This document shows, piece after piece, positions 18,326-27,994 of a DNA stretch of 64,000 bases. The notes under the pieces are model-generated. The model saw only the letters and a program-made list of their open reading frames with translations. It had not been told where the DNA came from and ran no database searches. The position numbers were made by a program, and so were the translations under genes. This DNA comes from an uncultured Desulfovibrionaceae bacterium (GTDB lineage Bacteria; Bacillota; Dethiobacteria; DTU022; UBA8154), in the NCBI GenBank assembly GCA_964581355.1, contig CAZOOA010000001.1, forward strand, positions 46,922 to 110,921, read 5' to 3'. Each line of letters opens with the position of its first letter. Position 1 is the stretch's first letter.

Positions 18326-19443
18326 AAATTGGTCAATTGTGCTTTCCGACCCCTGGTGGGAGCGGAGTGGTAGCAACCGAACTGGGAAAAGAACTGGCGC
18401 GAAAAGGACATGAAATTCATATCATTTCCTATGATTTGCCCTTTCGCCTGGGAGCTCAAGAAAATATCTACTACCATAAAGTGAACCTGCGCCAGTATCC
18501 TCTTTTTCCGCACCCTTTCCTGACAGTGGAAATAACAGCCAAGATTGTGGAGGTAATCAAAACGTATTCCCTGGATATCATTCACGTCCATTATGCGCTT
18601 CCCAATGTCCTTTCCGCTGTCCTGGCTCGGGAGATCGCCGGGGATGTCCGTATTGTTACCACAGTCCACGGCACGGACGTGACGGTTTGGGGTAAGGACC
18701 CTTCCATTAAACCGGTTATTCGTTACGGGTTGGAGCAAAGTGACGCTGTCAGCGCGGTATCCCGCAGCTTGAAAAGCGATGTCCGGGCCAACCTGGAACT
18801 GGAGAACCCGGTCCAGGTGATCTATAATTTCGTGGACACCCATTTTTATCAGCGGCTTCCTCAAAGTCCTGCAAGGAAATCCCTGGCTCGAGACGACGAA
18901 AAGATTATTCTTCATATCTCCAATTTCCGCCCGGTTAAAAGAATTGATGATCTTCTCCTGGCTTTCTCCCGCCTGGGCAAGACCTTTAAAAAAGCAGTGC
19001 TGGTTTTGGCCGGGGACGGGGAAGAGCGGGGCAATATCGAAGAGATGGCTGTAAGGTTGGGAATCAAATCCCGTGTAGTTTTCCTGGGAACCCAGGTGGA
19101 TCTGGTCCCCTTACTTTCTGCTGCGGACCTGTTCCTCCTCCCCTCGGAGAAAGAAAGCTTTGGGCTGGCAGCCCTGGAGGCGATGGCCTGCAGTGTTCCC
19201 GTTGTGGCTACAGAGACAGGGGGGATCCCGGAAATCGTCGAGCACGGGAAAACCGGGCTTTTGGTCCCTGTGGGCGATGTCAACGCCCTGGCGGGGGCTA
19301 TGCAGTCCATTTTGGACAACCCGGAGCTGCACCATCAAATGGGACTTTTGTCCCGGAAGAAAGCGGAAAATTTCTCTGTGGAGAGGATTATCCCCCAGTA
19401 TGAAGAATTTTATCAAAGTGGTTTTGTTCATGTCGGTTTCTGA
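18307..19443 (+). CDS. bshA: N-acetyl-alpha-D-glucosaminyl L-malate synthase (GT4 glycosyltransferase)
   Basis: The N-terminus [33 protein letters not shown] closely matches the BshA consensus. It overlaps bshB. Confidence 0.8.
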   Translation: [378 protein letters not shown]

Positions 19444-19526
19444 CAGTAACGAAAGGCACTGGTTTATACTTTAATCCGGCTCATCTATGACGATAGAGCT
19501 TGACCAGAAGGAGGCCGTAAAAAACG

Positions 19527-20153
19527 TTGATTGCAGTGGTAGACTACGGGATGGGAAATGTAACCAGTGTGCGCAATGGTTTCGAACTTTTAGGCATTGA
19601 AACGGTTTTGACCCATGATACCCTGGTTATGGACCGTTGTAAAGGCATTGTTGTGCCTGGAGTGGGGGCTTTTGGGTGTGCTGCTGATGACCTGGAACAG
19701 AAAGGGTTGATGGAGTACTTACAACACCGGGAAAGGCAGGGAACGTTTATCCTGGGTATTTGCCTGGGACTGCAGTTGTTCTTTGATGAGAGTGAAGAAG
19801 ACCCGGGCTTTGAAGGGATGCACCTTTTGCCCGGCCGGGTCATTCGCTTCCCCCACGGGGTGAAGGTCCCCCATATGGGCTGGAACCGGGTCTATTTTAC
19901 AAGAGAAGATCCTCTTTTTAACCAGGTCCCGGGGGAAAGCCATTTTTACTTTGCCCATTCTTTTTTTGCCAGCCCGGAAAACAAAGAACACGCCCTGGCC
20001 CATTGCAACTACGGTGCATCGTTTGCTGCTGCAGTAAAGAAAAACTCGGTATACGGCTTGCAGTTTCATCCGGAAAAAAGTGGCAGGTTGGGGCTGACGA
20101 TTTTGAAAAATTTTGAAAGGATGGTAGCCGATGCAGATCATTCCAGCAGTTGA
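19527..20153 (+). CDS. hisH: imidazole glycerol phosphate synthase, glutamine amidotransferase subunit
   Basis: The N-terminus (TTG start) reads IAVVDYGMGNV. A GAAGGAGG RBS lies upstream. Confidence 0.9.
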   Translation: MIAVVDYGMGNVTSVRNGFELLGIETVLTHDTLVMDRCKGIVVPGVGAFGCAADDLEQKGLMEYLQHRERQGTFILGICLGLQLFFDESEEDPGFEGMHLLPGRVIRFPHGVKVPHMGWNRVYFTREDPLFNQVPGESHFYFAHSFFASPENKEHALAHCNYGASFAAAVKKNSVYGLQFHPEKSGRLGLTILKNFERMVADADHSSS

Positions 20154-20856
20154 TCTCCATGGGGGCAAGTGTGTCCGCCTTTTGATGGGGGAAAGAGACC
20201 AGGAAACTGTCTACAGCGATAAACCGGCCCAGGTGGCATTGCAGTGGCAGCGGGCAGGAGCCCATCGCCTGCACCTGGTAGACCTGGACGGGGCTTTTGA
20301 CGGTGCCCCGGTAAATACGCCTGTTATTGAAGAGATTGTTTCCAACCTGTCTATCCCTGTTCAGCTTGGGGGGGGTATCCGTAGCGGGGAGATTGCTGCC
20401 AAGGCCCTGGAGTTGGGTGTTCAGCGGGTCATCCTGGGAACGGCTGCAGTGGAAAATCCCCACCTGGTTCGGGAACTGACCCAGGAATACGGGGATAGAA
20501 TTATTGTCGGCATCGATGCCCGGGATGGGATCGTGGCCATAAAGGGCTGGGTGAAAGGTTCGGGCTTTGATGCGGTGGGATTTGCCCTGACCATGCAGGA
20601 TTATGGTGTCAAAGAAATCATTTATACGGATATTTCCCGGGATGGCACACTGCAGGGGCCCAACCTTGCTGCCCTGGAGAATATGGCTGCACAATTAACC
20701 ATCCCCATTATTGCTTCCGGGGGGATCTCTTCCCTGGAAGACTTGAAAAACGTTCAAAAGCTAAAATCTGAGGGAGTCCACGGCATTATTATCGGTCAGG
20801 CCCTGTATGCTGGGCAGTTCACCTTGCAGGAAGCCCTGGCCGCTGTACAGAATTAA
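20131..20856 (+). CDS. hisA: 1-(5-phosphoribosyl)-5-[(5-phosphoribosylamino)methylideneamino]imidazole-4-carboxamide isomerase
   Basis: The N-terminus [17 protein letters not shown] begins a HisA TIM-barrel. Confidence 0.9.
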   Translation: MQIIPAVDLHGGKCVRLLMGERDQETVYSDKPAQVALQWQRAGAHRLHLVDLDGAFDGAPVNTPVIEEIVSNLSIPVQLGGGIRSGEIAAKALELGVQRVILGTAAVENPHLVRELTQEYGDRIIVGIDARDGIVAIKGWVKGSGFDAVGFALTMQDYGVKEIIYTDISRDGTLQGPNLAALENMAAQLTIPIIASGGISSLEDLKNVQKLKSEGVHGIIIGQALYAGQFTLQEALAAVQN

Positions 20857-20869
20857 TATTTTATCATTT

Positions 20870-21015
20870 GTAATTGCTCAGCACTATTTTAAGCGAAGCT
20901 TTGGGGACTGTTTTGGTACTCCCGGAGTGAAGAGGAGGACCGACAGGAAAAGCTCCAGGACCATCCACCTGCTTCGCGGCAAGTCACACAATCAGATCAA
21001 GGCTGAGCCAGATGC
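20870..21015 (+). mobile_element. MITE-like hairpin element copy B (146 bp) inserted between hisA and hisF; flanked by a perfect 8-bp direct repeat TATCATTT
   Basis: The termini GTAATTGCTCAGC...GGCTGAGCCAGATGC form imperfect TIRs. The internal arms ...GGGGACTGTTTTGG... and ...GGACCATCCACCTGCTTCGCGG flank the conserved core GGAGGACCGACAGGAAAAGC. TATCATTT occurs at 20862-20869 and again at 21016-21023. Confidence 0.65.
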
Positions 21016-21091
21016 TATCATTTTCAACTATACTTGCTGGTTTACCGCAAGGCTTTTCAAGATCATATTTGTTTACTGGAGGGAGGATCTG

Positions 21092-21868
21092 TTGTTGGCA
21101 AAGCGTATAGTTCCCTGCCTGGATGTGAAAGATGGAAGAGTGGTGAAAGGGGTTCAATTTGTTGACCTGAGAGATGCAGGCGATCCAGTGGAACTGGCCC
21201 GGTTTTATGACAGTTCAGGGGCAGATGAACTGGTGTTTTTGGACATAACTGCATCCTACGAAAAGCGTGAGACCATGGTTGATGTGGCTCGCAGGACGGC
21301 CCGGGAGGTTTTCATCCCCTTTATTGTCGGTGGGGGGATCGATAACCTGGAACATATTCGGGCCATACTCAAAGCGGGGGCCGATAAGATCTCGCTAAAT
21401 ACCTCTGCTGTAAAAACTCCCCAGTTGATCCGGGAAGGAGCTCATACCTTTGGAAGCCAGTGTATCGTGGTAGCCATTGACGCCTGCTGGAACGAAGAGC
21501 TGGATGATTGGGAGGTTTACACCCACGGGGGGCGGACCCCAACGGGAATGTTAGCATTAAAATGGGCGGAAGAGGTGGAAAGCCTGGGCGCGGGAGAAAT
21601 CCTGCTGACCAGCATGAATGCCGACGGGGGGCAGGACGGATTTGATCTTCCATTAAACCGGGCAGTGGCGGAACGGGTAAACATACCCGTAATTGCTTCA
21701 GGCGGTGCAGGCAAAATAGAACATTTTGCCCAGGTATTGACCGAAGGAAAGGCAGATGCAGCCCTGGCGGCCTCGGTCTTTCACTTCCGCCAGTTTTCTG
21801 TTATGGAAGTAAAGAACTACTTACAGCAACAGGGTGTGGAGGTGCGTATGACCCATGAGCAGGGATAA
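21092..21868 (+). CDS. hisF: imidazole glycerol phosphate synthase, cyclase subunit
   Basis: Reads [20 protein letters not shown]... The start is placed at the TTG at 21092/21095 after a GGGAGG RBS. The ORF-track upstream extension (from 20807) reads through the repeat element and is unlikely to be translated. Confidence 0.9.
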   Translation: MLAKRIVPCLDVKDGRVVKGVQFVDLRDAGDPVELARFYDSSGADELVFLDITASYEKRETMVDVARRTAREVFIPFIVGGGIDNLEHIRAILKAGADKISLNTSAVKTPQLIREGAHTFGSQCIVVAIDACWNEELDDWEVYTHGGRTPTGMLALKWAEEVESLGAGEILLTSMNADGGQDGFDLPLNRAVAERVNIPVIASGGAGKIEHFAQVLTEGKADAALAASVFHFRQFSVMEVKNYLQQQGVEVRMTHEQG

Positions 21869-22574
21869 TAGAGAGAAGAAAACCGATAAAATCGAAGAAA
21901 TCGCTTTTGAAAAACATGAATTGATCCCCGCCGTTGTCCAGGATGTTGAAAACGGTGAGGTGCTCATGCTGGCCTATATGAACAGGCAGTCCCTGGAAAA
22001 AACCCTGGAGACGGGACTGACCTGGTTCTGGAGCCGCAGCCGGCAAAAATACTGGCAAAAAGGGGAATCCTCGGGACATATCCAGGAAGTAAAAGCCATC
22101 CACTATGATTGTGATGCCGATACGTTGCTGATCCAGGTCAAGCAAACGGGTCCGGCGTGTCATACGGGGGAGCGAACCTGCTTTTTTAATCTTTTGTTCC
22201 AGGAAGGATGGCCAGAAGAGGGGTTACCGGAAGAAAAAAAGTCTGCAGCGATAAGTGAACATGAACATGAACTGCTGCCCTGGCTGACAGAACTGATCCG
22301 GGAAAGAGCGCGCAGCCAACCGGAAGGTTCTTATGTTGCTTCTTTGTTGCAGGAAGGTAAAGACGGGATGTTGAAGAAAGTGGTGGAGGAAGCGGCTGAG
22401 GTGGTAATTGCTTCCAAGAACGACTCCAGGGAAGAGCTGGTTTATGAAACGGCCGATCTGCTCTTTCATCTACTGGTCCTGTTGGAAGCTTCAGGGGTCC
22501 GCAGCGGTGAAGTGGTCAGTGAACTTATTTCCAGGAAGGGGGGAAATCATGCTAAAGATGTCGACTCGGGGTGA
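21855..22574 (+). CDS. hisI: bifunctional phosphoribosyl-AMP cyclohydrolase / phosphoribosyl-ATP pyrophosphatase
   Basis: The HisI core ([10 protein letters not shown]) is followed by a C-terminal HisE helical domain. Confidence 0.9.
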   Translation: MSRDNREKKTDKIEEIAFEKHELIPAVVQDVENGEVLMLAYMNRQSLEKTLETGLTWFWSRSRQKYWQKGESSGHIQEVKAIHYDCDADTLLIQVKQTGPACHTGERTCFFNLLFQEGWPEEGLPEEKKSAAISEHEHELLPWLTELIRERARSQPEGSYVASLLQEGKDGMLKKVVEEAAEVVIASKNDSREELVYETADLLFHLLVLLEASGVRSGEVVSELISRKGGNHAKDVDSG

Positions 22575-23001
22575 ATATGGCGTTCGAGCCATGATCGAGT
22601 TGGGCCTGATGAAAAGCGGTTCCTTGACAGTCCAGGAGATATCCACCCGGCAGGGCATCTCTGCCAAATACCTGGAACACCTGCTGGCTTTACTGAAAAA
22701 AGCTGAACTGGTCCAGAGCGTAAGGGGTCCCAGGGGAGGCTACTTCCTGGCACGACCGTCCGGGGAGATCAACTTGGCTGAAATCCTGGTTGCCCTGGAG
22801 GGTAACAGTGCGCCGGTGGGATGCTTGCGCGATGATGCCGTTGAAACGGAGACGTGTATCTGGCAGGAAAAATGTGCACTGCAAACAGTTTGGCTTGATG
22901 TTCATGAAAGCATCATGCAGACGCTAAGGGAAATTATCCTGGAAGATATCTGTGAAAAACAGAAGGACATTCAGGACGATACAATAATGTATCATATCTA
23001 A
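22549..23001 (+). CDS. Rrf2-family transcriptional regulator (IscR/CymR-like)
   Basis: Reads [19 protein letters not shown]... with an Rrf2 HTH and Cys residues (CLRDD...C...C). The start at 22549 follows an AGGAAGGGGGG RBS and overlaps the hisIE end. Confidence 0.75.
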   Translation: MLKMSTRGEYGVRAMIELGLMKSGSLTVQEISTRQGISAKYLEHLLALLKKAELVQSVRGPRGGYFLARPSGEINLAEILVALEGNSAPVGCLRDDAVETETCIWQEKCALQTVWLDVHESIMQTLREIILEDICEKQKDIQDDTIMYHI

Positions 23002-23020
23002 CAAAAGGGAAGCGAGCAAG

Positions 23021-23518
23021 ATGGAGTATTCTCAGATCGAAACACAGCTGGGCCCAGTAGTTATCTACTTTACCCGGGATCAAATTAAGCGGATAACCCT
23101 GGGACAGGAAAGCGATGACCTGCTCCTGTCAAGGGCGAGCCCTGCTGAGTGTCTGCCGTGGCCGGACCTGGAGACCGAACTGGCAAATTATTTTCGGGGC
23201 ATGCCGATAGTAAATAAATATCCGGTTTGCCTGGAAGAATACAGCGACTGGACCCGCAGGGTGCTGCTGATTGCATCTGCCATCCCTTACGGGGAGGTCT
23301 GCTCTTACAAGCAGGTTGCGGCCAACGCCGGTTCTCCCGGGGGAGCACGGGCAGCTGGACAGGCGCTTTCCCGTAACCGGACTCCCTTGTTAATTCCCTG
23401 CCACCGGGTGGTGGGGCAAAAGAGAAACCTGGTGGGATTCGGTTCGGGCCTGACCTGGAAAAAAGGGTTGCTGGAACTGGAAAGGGGAACAAAGGATGCG
23501 CTATTTAACCGCGGGTGA
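23021..23518 (+). CDS. ogt: methylated-DNA--protein-cysteine methyltransferase
   Basis: Contains the PCHRVV active-site motif and the PYGEV...Y motif. Confidence 0.8.
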   Translation: MEYSQIETQLGPVVIYFTRDQIKRITLGQESDDLLLSRASPAECLPWPDLETELANYFRGMPIVNKYPVCLEEYSDWTRRVLLIASAIPYGEVCSYKQVAANAGSPGGARAAGQALSRNRTPLLIPCHRVVGQKRNLVGFGSGLTWKKGLLELERGTKDALFNRG

Positions 23519-24719
23519 ATCCCACGGGCCTGCACTGACAGGTATTATTGAAGGCCTGCCGTCCGGTTTGCTGCTGGACGAAGGGTTCATTTCTGCCCAA
23601 CTTGCCCGCAGGCAGGGTGGTTACGGCCGGGGGGGGCGTATGGCCCTGGAAAAGGACCGGGTCCGTTTTTTGGCCGGTGTGCGCTTTGGCCGGACTTTAG
23701 GCAGCCCCGTGACCCTGTTGATTGAAAACAAGGATTGGGTAAACTGGCAGGATATAATGTCACCTTCACCCCTTCCTGAGCAGGCGGGGGATGCTGAAAA
23801 TGATCAGTCAAGGCTGAACAAAGAAGGCGAAAGCAGGGCTGTTACCAGTCCCCGCCCCGGGCATGCCGACCTGGCCGGGGGATTGAAATACGGGCACCGG
23901 GATCTGCGCAATGTCCTGGAACGGGCCAGCGCCCGGGAGACAGCCATGCGGGTAGCTATCGGTGCCGTGGCCGGCCTGCTGCTGCGCCACTTTCAAATCG
24001 ACCTGGCCGCCTTTGTCCTCTCCGTAGGCGATGTAGAGGCGGAGGTCCCGGAGCGAGATTTCCCTTTGGCTGAACTCCGGGGGGCTGTGGCGGAGTCGGA
24101 GTTATATTGTCCTGACCTGTCGGCTACCAGGGAGATGATCCAGGCGATTTTGCAGACCCGGGAAGAAGGGGATACCCTGGGCGGTATTTTTGAGGTTCGG
24201 GTAGACGGCCTGCCTCCAGGCCTGGGAAGTCATGTTCAGGCGGACAGGCGCCTGGATGGACGCATTGCAGCAGCATTGATGAGTATCCCCGGGATCAAGG
24301 GGGTCGAAGTGGGTCTGGGGTTTGAAGCGGCCCGGCGGAAGGGCTCCAGGGTCCACGATGCCATCTTAACTGATGAAAAAGCCGGCTTTGTCCGGGAGAC
24401 AAACCGGGCCGGCGGGCTGGAAGGCGGAATCACTAACGGTGAGCAGCTGGTGGTCCGGGCAGCCATGAAACCGATTCCCACGCTGCTTAATGCTCTGCCC
24501 AGCGTTGACTTGCGCACCATGGAACCGGTGAAGGCGGCCGTTGAGCGGTCCGATGTTTGTGCCGTGCCTGCTGCTTCTGTTGTAGGTGAAGCAGTTGTAG
24601 CCTGGGAGCTGGCCCGTGCCTTTTGCGAGAAATTTGGCGGGGATTCCATGACCGAACTGGAACAGTCCTTTCAACATTACCAGGAAATAATGAAAAACTT
24701 GTACGTGGAGAAAGAATAA
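23496..24719 (+). CDS. aroC: chorismate synthase
   Basis: The N-terminus reads [14 protein letters not shown]. Confidence 0.9.
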   Translation: MRYLTAGESHGPALTGIIEGLPSGLLLDEGFISAQLARRQGGYGRGGRMALEKDRVRFLAGVRFGRTLGSPVTLLIENKDWVNWQDIMSPSPLPEQAGDAENDQSRLNKEGESRAVTSPRPGHADLAGGLKYGHRDLRNVLERASARETAMRVAIGAVAGLLLRHFQIDLAAFVLSVGDVEAEVPERDFPLAELRGAVAESELYCPDLSATREMIQAILQTREEGDTLGGIFEVRVDGLPPGLGSHVQADRRLDGRIAAALMSIPGIKGVEVGLGFEAARRKGSRVHDAILTDEKAGFVRETNRAGGLEGGITNGEQLVVRAAMKPIPTLLNALPSVDLRTMEPVKAAVERSDVCAVPAASVVGEAVVAWELARAFCEKFGGDSMTELEQSFQHYQEIMKNLYVEKE

Positions 24720-25837
24720 TGATATTTAAAATTCCAATAAAAACTGGAAGTGACCGGTACCCCGTTTATATCGGGTGTCAGTTCCTGGACAGGTTAGGCC
24801 CGGTGCTTAAAAATCATGTAAAGGCCCGGGCCATTCTACTTGTAAGCGATGCAGGGGTGACCCCCTTGTATGCCCGGGAATGCAGGATTGCTCTTGAAGC
24901 CGGGGGATTCTCAGTCAAGTTGGCGGAAATTCAGGGCGGGGAGACCCATAAATCCCTGGAGACAGCCTCTGCCTTGTATGACCGGGCCATTGAAGTGGGC
25001 CTGGATCGGTCCGATGCTGTCCTGGCTCTGGGGGGAGGTATTACCGGTGACCTGGCTGGATTTGTTGCCGCTACGTACCTGCGCGGTATTGGCTTCATCC
25101 AGGTTCCCACCACTTTGCTGGCCATGATCGACAGCAGCGTGGGGGGGAAGGTGGCTGTAAACCATCCCCGGGGTAAAAACCTGATCGGGGCTTTTTATCA
25201 GCCCAATTTAGTATGTGCCGATACAGCTTTGCTCCAGTCGTTACCGGAACGAGAGTTCAATGCCGGCCTGGCTGAAATGGTCAAGTCCGGCCTTATCGGC
25301 GATGAAAGGCTCTTTGAGCGTATGGAAGCGCTGAGCCCGGATGGAGGGGTGAGTAAAATAGAGGCCCTGAGACCCTCCAGCCTGATGCTGAAAAAGCTCA
25401 TTGCCCGGTCGGTCCTGCTGAAAAAGAAGGTGGTCCAGGAAGACGAAAAGGAACTGGGTTTGCGCCGGGTGTTGAACCTGGGACATACCTTTGGCCATGC
25501 CCTGGAAGCATCGACGGGTTATACCTATTTCCTGCATGGTGAAGCGGTAGCCTGGGGTATGGCCCTGGCGGCCCGCCTGTCCCGTTATTTAGGGCTTTTA
25601 AGCCTGGAGCGAGAAAGGCGGATTATCCGGGTCGTCCGTTGGTTGAACCCGCCTGAGCCTCCCGGATTTATAACCGGCGAAAGCCTGGAACAAGCCCTGC
25701 AGTACGATAAAAAGCGGGAGCAGGAGACCCTGATTTTTATCTTGCCCGTTGAAGCGGGCGGCGTGACTGTTTGCCGTTCTCCTTCCAGGAAGCTCCTAAA
25801 AAAAACCCTGGATGATTTTCTTCTAGGAAACATATGA
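24719..25837 (+). CDS. aroB: 3-dehydroquinate synthase
   Basis: Reads [10 protein letters not shown]... with the GGGITGDLAGF motif. The ATG at 24719 overlaps the aroC stop (TAATG) after a GGAGAAAGA RBS. The ORF-track start is 24623. Confidence 0.85.
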   Translation: MIFKIPIKTGSDRYPVYIGCQFLDRLGPVLKNHVKARAILLVSDAGVTPLYARECRIALEAGGFSVKLAEIQGGETHKSLETASALYDRAIEVGLDRSDAVLALGGGITGDLAGFVAATYLRGIGFIQVPTTLLAMIDSSVGGKVAVNHPRGKNLIGAFYQPNLVCADTALLQSLPEREFNAGLAEMVKSGLIGDERLFERMEALSPDGGVSKIEALRPSSLMLKKLIARSVLLKKKVVQEDEKELGLRRVLNLGHTFGHALEASTGYTYFLHGEAVAWGMALAARLSRYLGLLSLERERRIIRVVRWLNPPEPPGFITGESLEQALQYDKKREQETLIFILPVEAGGVTVCRSPSRKLLKKTLDDFLLGNI

Positions 25838-25911
25838 GTATTCCCGGAAGATTGTATATTTTTCCTTTGCACCGGGCAAAAAAAAGGATAAAATAAATGT
25901 AAGGTTTTATC

Positions 25912-26020
25912 CAACTGCTCAGGGCTTTTGTAAGCGAGGTTGTGGAACAGTTCGGTCGCTCCCAAGGAAGCAGGGAAGCATGAGAACCGTCCCCTTGCTT
26001 CCTGTGTGCAGTTGTGTTAC
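25912..26020 (+). repeat. hairpin-repeat family copy C (short variant, about 109 bp) between aroB and the HD-domain gene
   Basis: Runs CAACTGCTCAGGGCTTTTGTAAGCGAGG...GAGAACCGTCCCCTTGCTTCC...GCAGTTGTGTTAC. It aligns with copies B, E and F but has a shorter loop. The flanking TTTT-rich direct repeats are only weak. Confidence 0.55.
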
Positions 26021-26035
26021 TTTTTGACAAAGCAG

Positions 26036-26731
26036 GTGTTGATCTTGGCACAGGAGCAGGTTTCGAAAAAACTATTGACGCTGGACGATATCCAGAATCA
26101 CCAGGCTGTTGTGGCCTATATCCGAAAAGCCAATGCCAATATGGGTTCCCTGGGTTATACGGAGCACGGGTTTCGGCATACGGATATGGTGGCCAATACG
26201 GCCTACAGGGTGATGAAAGACCTGGACTTCAAGCAAAGGGATGCAGAGTTGGCGGCCATAGCCGGCTACCTGCACGATATCGGCAACGTAGTGGAACGCA
26301 GCCACCATTATTACACAGGCGCCCTGATCGCCATGGGGCTGTTGAAAGAGATGGGTATGGATGAACTGGAGATTGCCGAGGTAGCTGCTGCCATCGGAAA
26401 TCACGACGAGGCCAACGGGCGGCCGGTCAGCAATGTTTCCGCGGCGGTGATCCTGGCCGACAAGGCGGATGTGCACCGCTCGCGGGTCCAAAACCGGGAC
26501 TATTCCACTTTTGATATCCATGACAGGGTTAATTATGCCGTGGAAGAGTCTATGCTGGATTTGGATCCTGAAGAACGGATCATCACGCTCAAGCTGAAAA
26601 TTGACACTAATATCAGCAGGGTTATGGAATACTTTGAAATCTTCCTGACGCGCATGTTGTTATGCCGTCGCGCGGCGGACTTTTTGTCCACCCGCTTTTC
26701 CCTGGTGATCAATGAGGCACAGCTGCTTTAA
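26036..26731 (+). CDS. HD/HDIG-domain metal-dependent phosphohydrolase
   Basis: Contains an HD motif (GFRHTDMV...GYLHDIGN). The start is uncertain: GTG 26036, TTG 26039 or TTG 26045. Confidence 0.6.
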   Translation: MLILAQEQVSKKLLTLDDIQNHQAVVAYIRKANANMGSLGYTEHGFRHTDMVANTAYRVMKDLDFKQRDAELAAIAGYLHDIGNVVERSHHYYTGALIAMGLLKEMGMDELEIAEVAAAIGNHDEANGRPVSNVSAAVILADKADVHRSRVQNRDYSTFDIHDRVNYAVEESMLDLDPEERIITLKLKIDTNISRVMEYFEIFLTRMLLCRRAADFLSTRFSLVINEAQLL

Positions 26732-26752
26732 TACAAAGATAGAGGGGGATGA

Positions 26753-27991
26753 TTGGATTTGCCTCGAAAAAAACGAACCAGGACCGGCCTGGTCATCTTT
26801 ACAATCATATCTTTAATACTTGTATCCGGGTCGGCCTTTTTTTTGGCCAACTGGGAGGACTACCTGGGTAAAGGCCTGGATTTGGAGGGCGGTGTTTATG
26901 TCCTCCTGGAGGCGGAGGCCGTGGATGACGAGGACTTGGACCATGATGCCATCCAGAGGGCCATAACTGTCATCCGCAGCCGGATTGACGAACTGGGAGT
27001 AGCCGAACCCGTCCTGCAGCGGGAAGGGGACCGGCGGTTGCGGATCGAGCTTCCCGGGATTGAAGATCAGGCCCAGGCCATGGAAGTGATCGGCCGGACA
27101 GCCCGGTTAACTTTTGTCAGCCCGGAGGAGGAAGAGCTGTTAACCGGGGCCAACCTGGATACGGCCTACTTTACCCGGGGGCAGATGAACGAGCCCCTGG
27201 TCGCCCTGGAGTTTGATGCGGAAGGGGCCGAGAAGTTTGCCCAGGCGACCCGGGAGTACCTGGGCCAACCCATTTATATATACCTGGACGATGAACTTGT
27301 TTCGGCGCCGTCAGTGGAAAATATCATTACCGATGGCAATGCCGTAATTACCGGCATTGATTCCTCGGACGAGGCGCGGGATATCGCTATTATGCTTCGT
27401 TCCGGGGCTTTGCCTGTAAACCTGGTGGAACTGGAAACCCGTTCCGTGGGCCCTGTCCTGGGCGAAAATGCGCTCCAGTTGAGCTTTTCTGCCGGCCTGG
27501 TAGGGCTGGGTATCGTCATGGTTTATATGCTCATTTACTACCGCTTTGCCGGGTTGATCGCCGATATCAGCCTGGTGGTCTACCTGGCCCTGGTATTTTT
27601 AATCCTGTCGGCTTTTAACGCCACCCTGACGCTGCCCGGGATAGCCGGACTGATCCTGTCCATCGGTATGGCAGTGGATGCCAACATCCTGATTTTTGAA
27701 CGGGTTAAAGAAGAACTTGATGTTGGAAAAACAACCCTGGTAGCGATTAATTCCGGTTTTGAGCGGGCCTTTCGGGCGATTATCGATGCCAATGTGACGA
27801 CGGTTATCGCTGCAGTGGTGCTGTTTGTTGTCGCCAGCGGTCCGGTCCGGGGTTTTGCTTTAGTCCTGCTGGTGGGGATTGTTTGCAGTGTCTTCTCTGC
27901 CATATTTTTAACCCGTCTTTTACTGCGTTTTGCTGCCCGTTACAGGATTATTCCCAGCCCGGCTTACCTGGGTTACAAGGAGGGCAATTAA
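26753..27991 (+). CDS. secD: protein translocase subunit SecD
   Basis: The 412-aa ORF has a SecD periplasmic domain followed by 6 TM helices. Confidence 0.9.
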   Translation: MDLPRKKRTRTGLVIFTIISLILVSGSAFFLANWEDYLGKGLDLEGGVYVLLEAEAVDDEDLDHDAIQRAITVIRSRIDELGVAEPVLQREGDRRLRIELPGIEDQAQAMEVIGRTARLTFVSPEEEELLTGANLDTAYFTRGQMNEPLVALEFDAEGAEKFAQATREYLGQPIYIYLDDELVSAPSVENIITDGNAVITGIDSSDEARDIAIMLRSGALPVNLVELETRSVGPVLGENALQLSFSAGLVGLGIVMVYMLIYYRFAGLIADISLVVYLALVFLILSAFNATLTLPGIAGLILSIGMAVDANILIFERVKEELDVGKTTLVAINSGFERAFRAIIDANVTTVIAAVVLFVVASGPVRGFALVLLVGIVCSVFSAIFLTRLLLRFAARYRIIPSPAYLGYKEGN

Positions 27992-27994
27992 ATC

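Noticed and set aside
17301-18915. Minus-strand ORFs of 227 aa and 229 aa
   Set aside because: They are antisense to bshC, bshB and bshA, all of which have diagnostic motifs on the + strand.
19918-20694. 258-aa minus-strand ORF
   Set aside because: It is antisense to hisH/hisA.
20807-21091. N-terminal extension of hisF in the ORF track (fusing the repeat element to hisF)
   Set aside because: The canonical HisF N-terminus ([10 protein letters not shown]) begins at 21092/21095 with a GGGAGG RBS. The upstream in-frame stretch is the MITE-like element and has no start context.
26072-26521. 149-aa minus-strand ORF
   Set aside because: It is antisense to the HD-domain gene.
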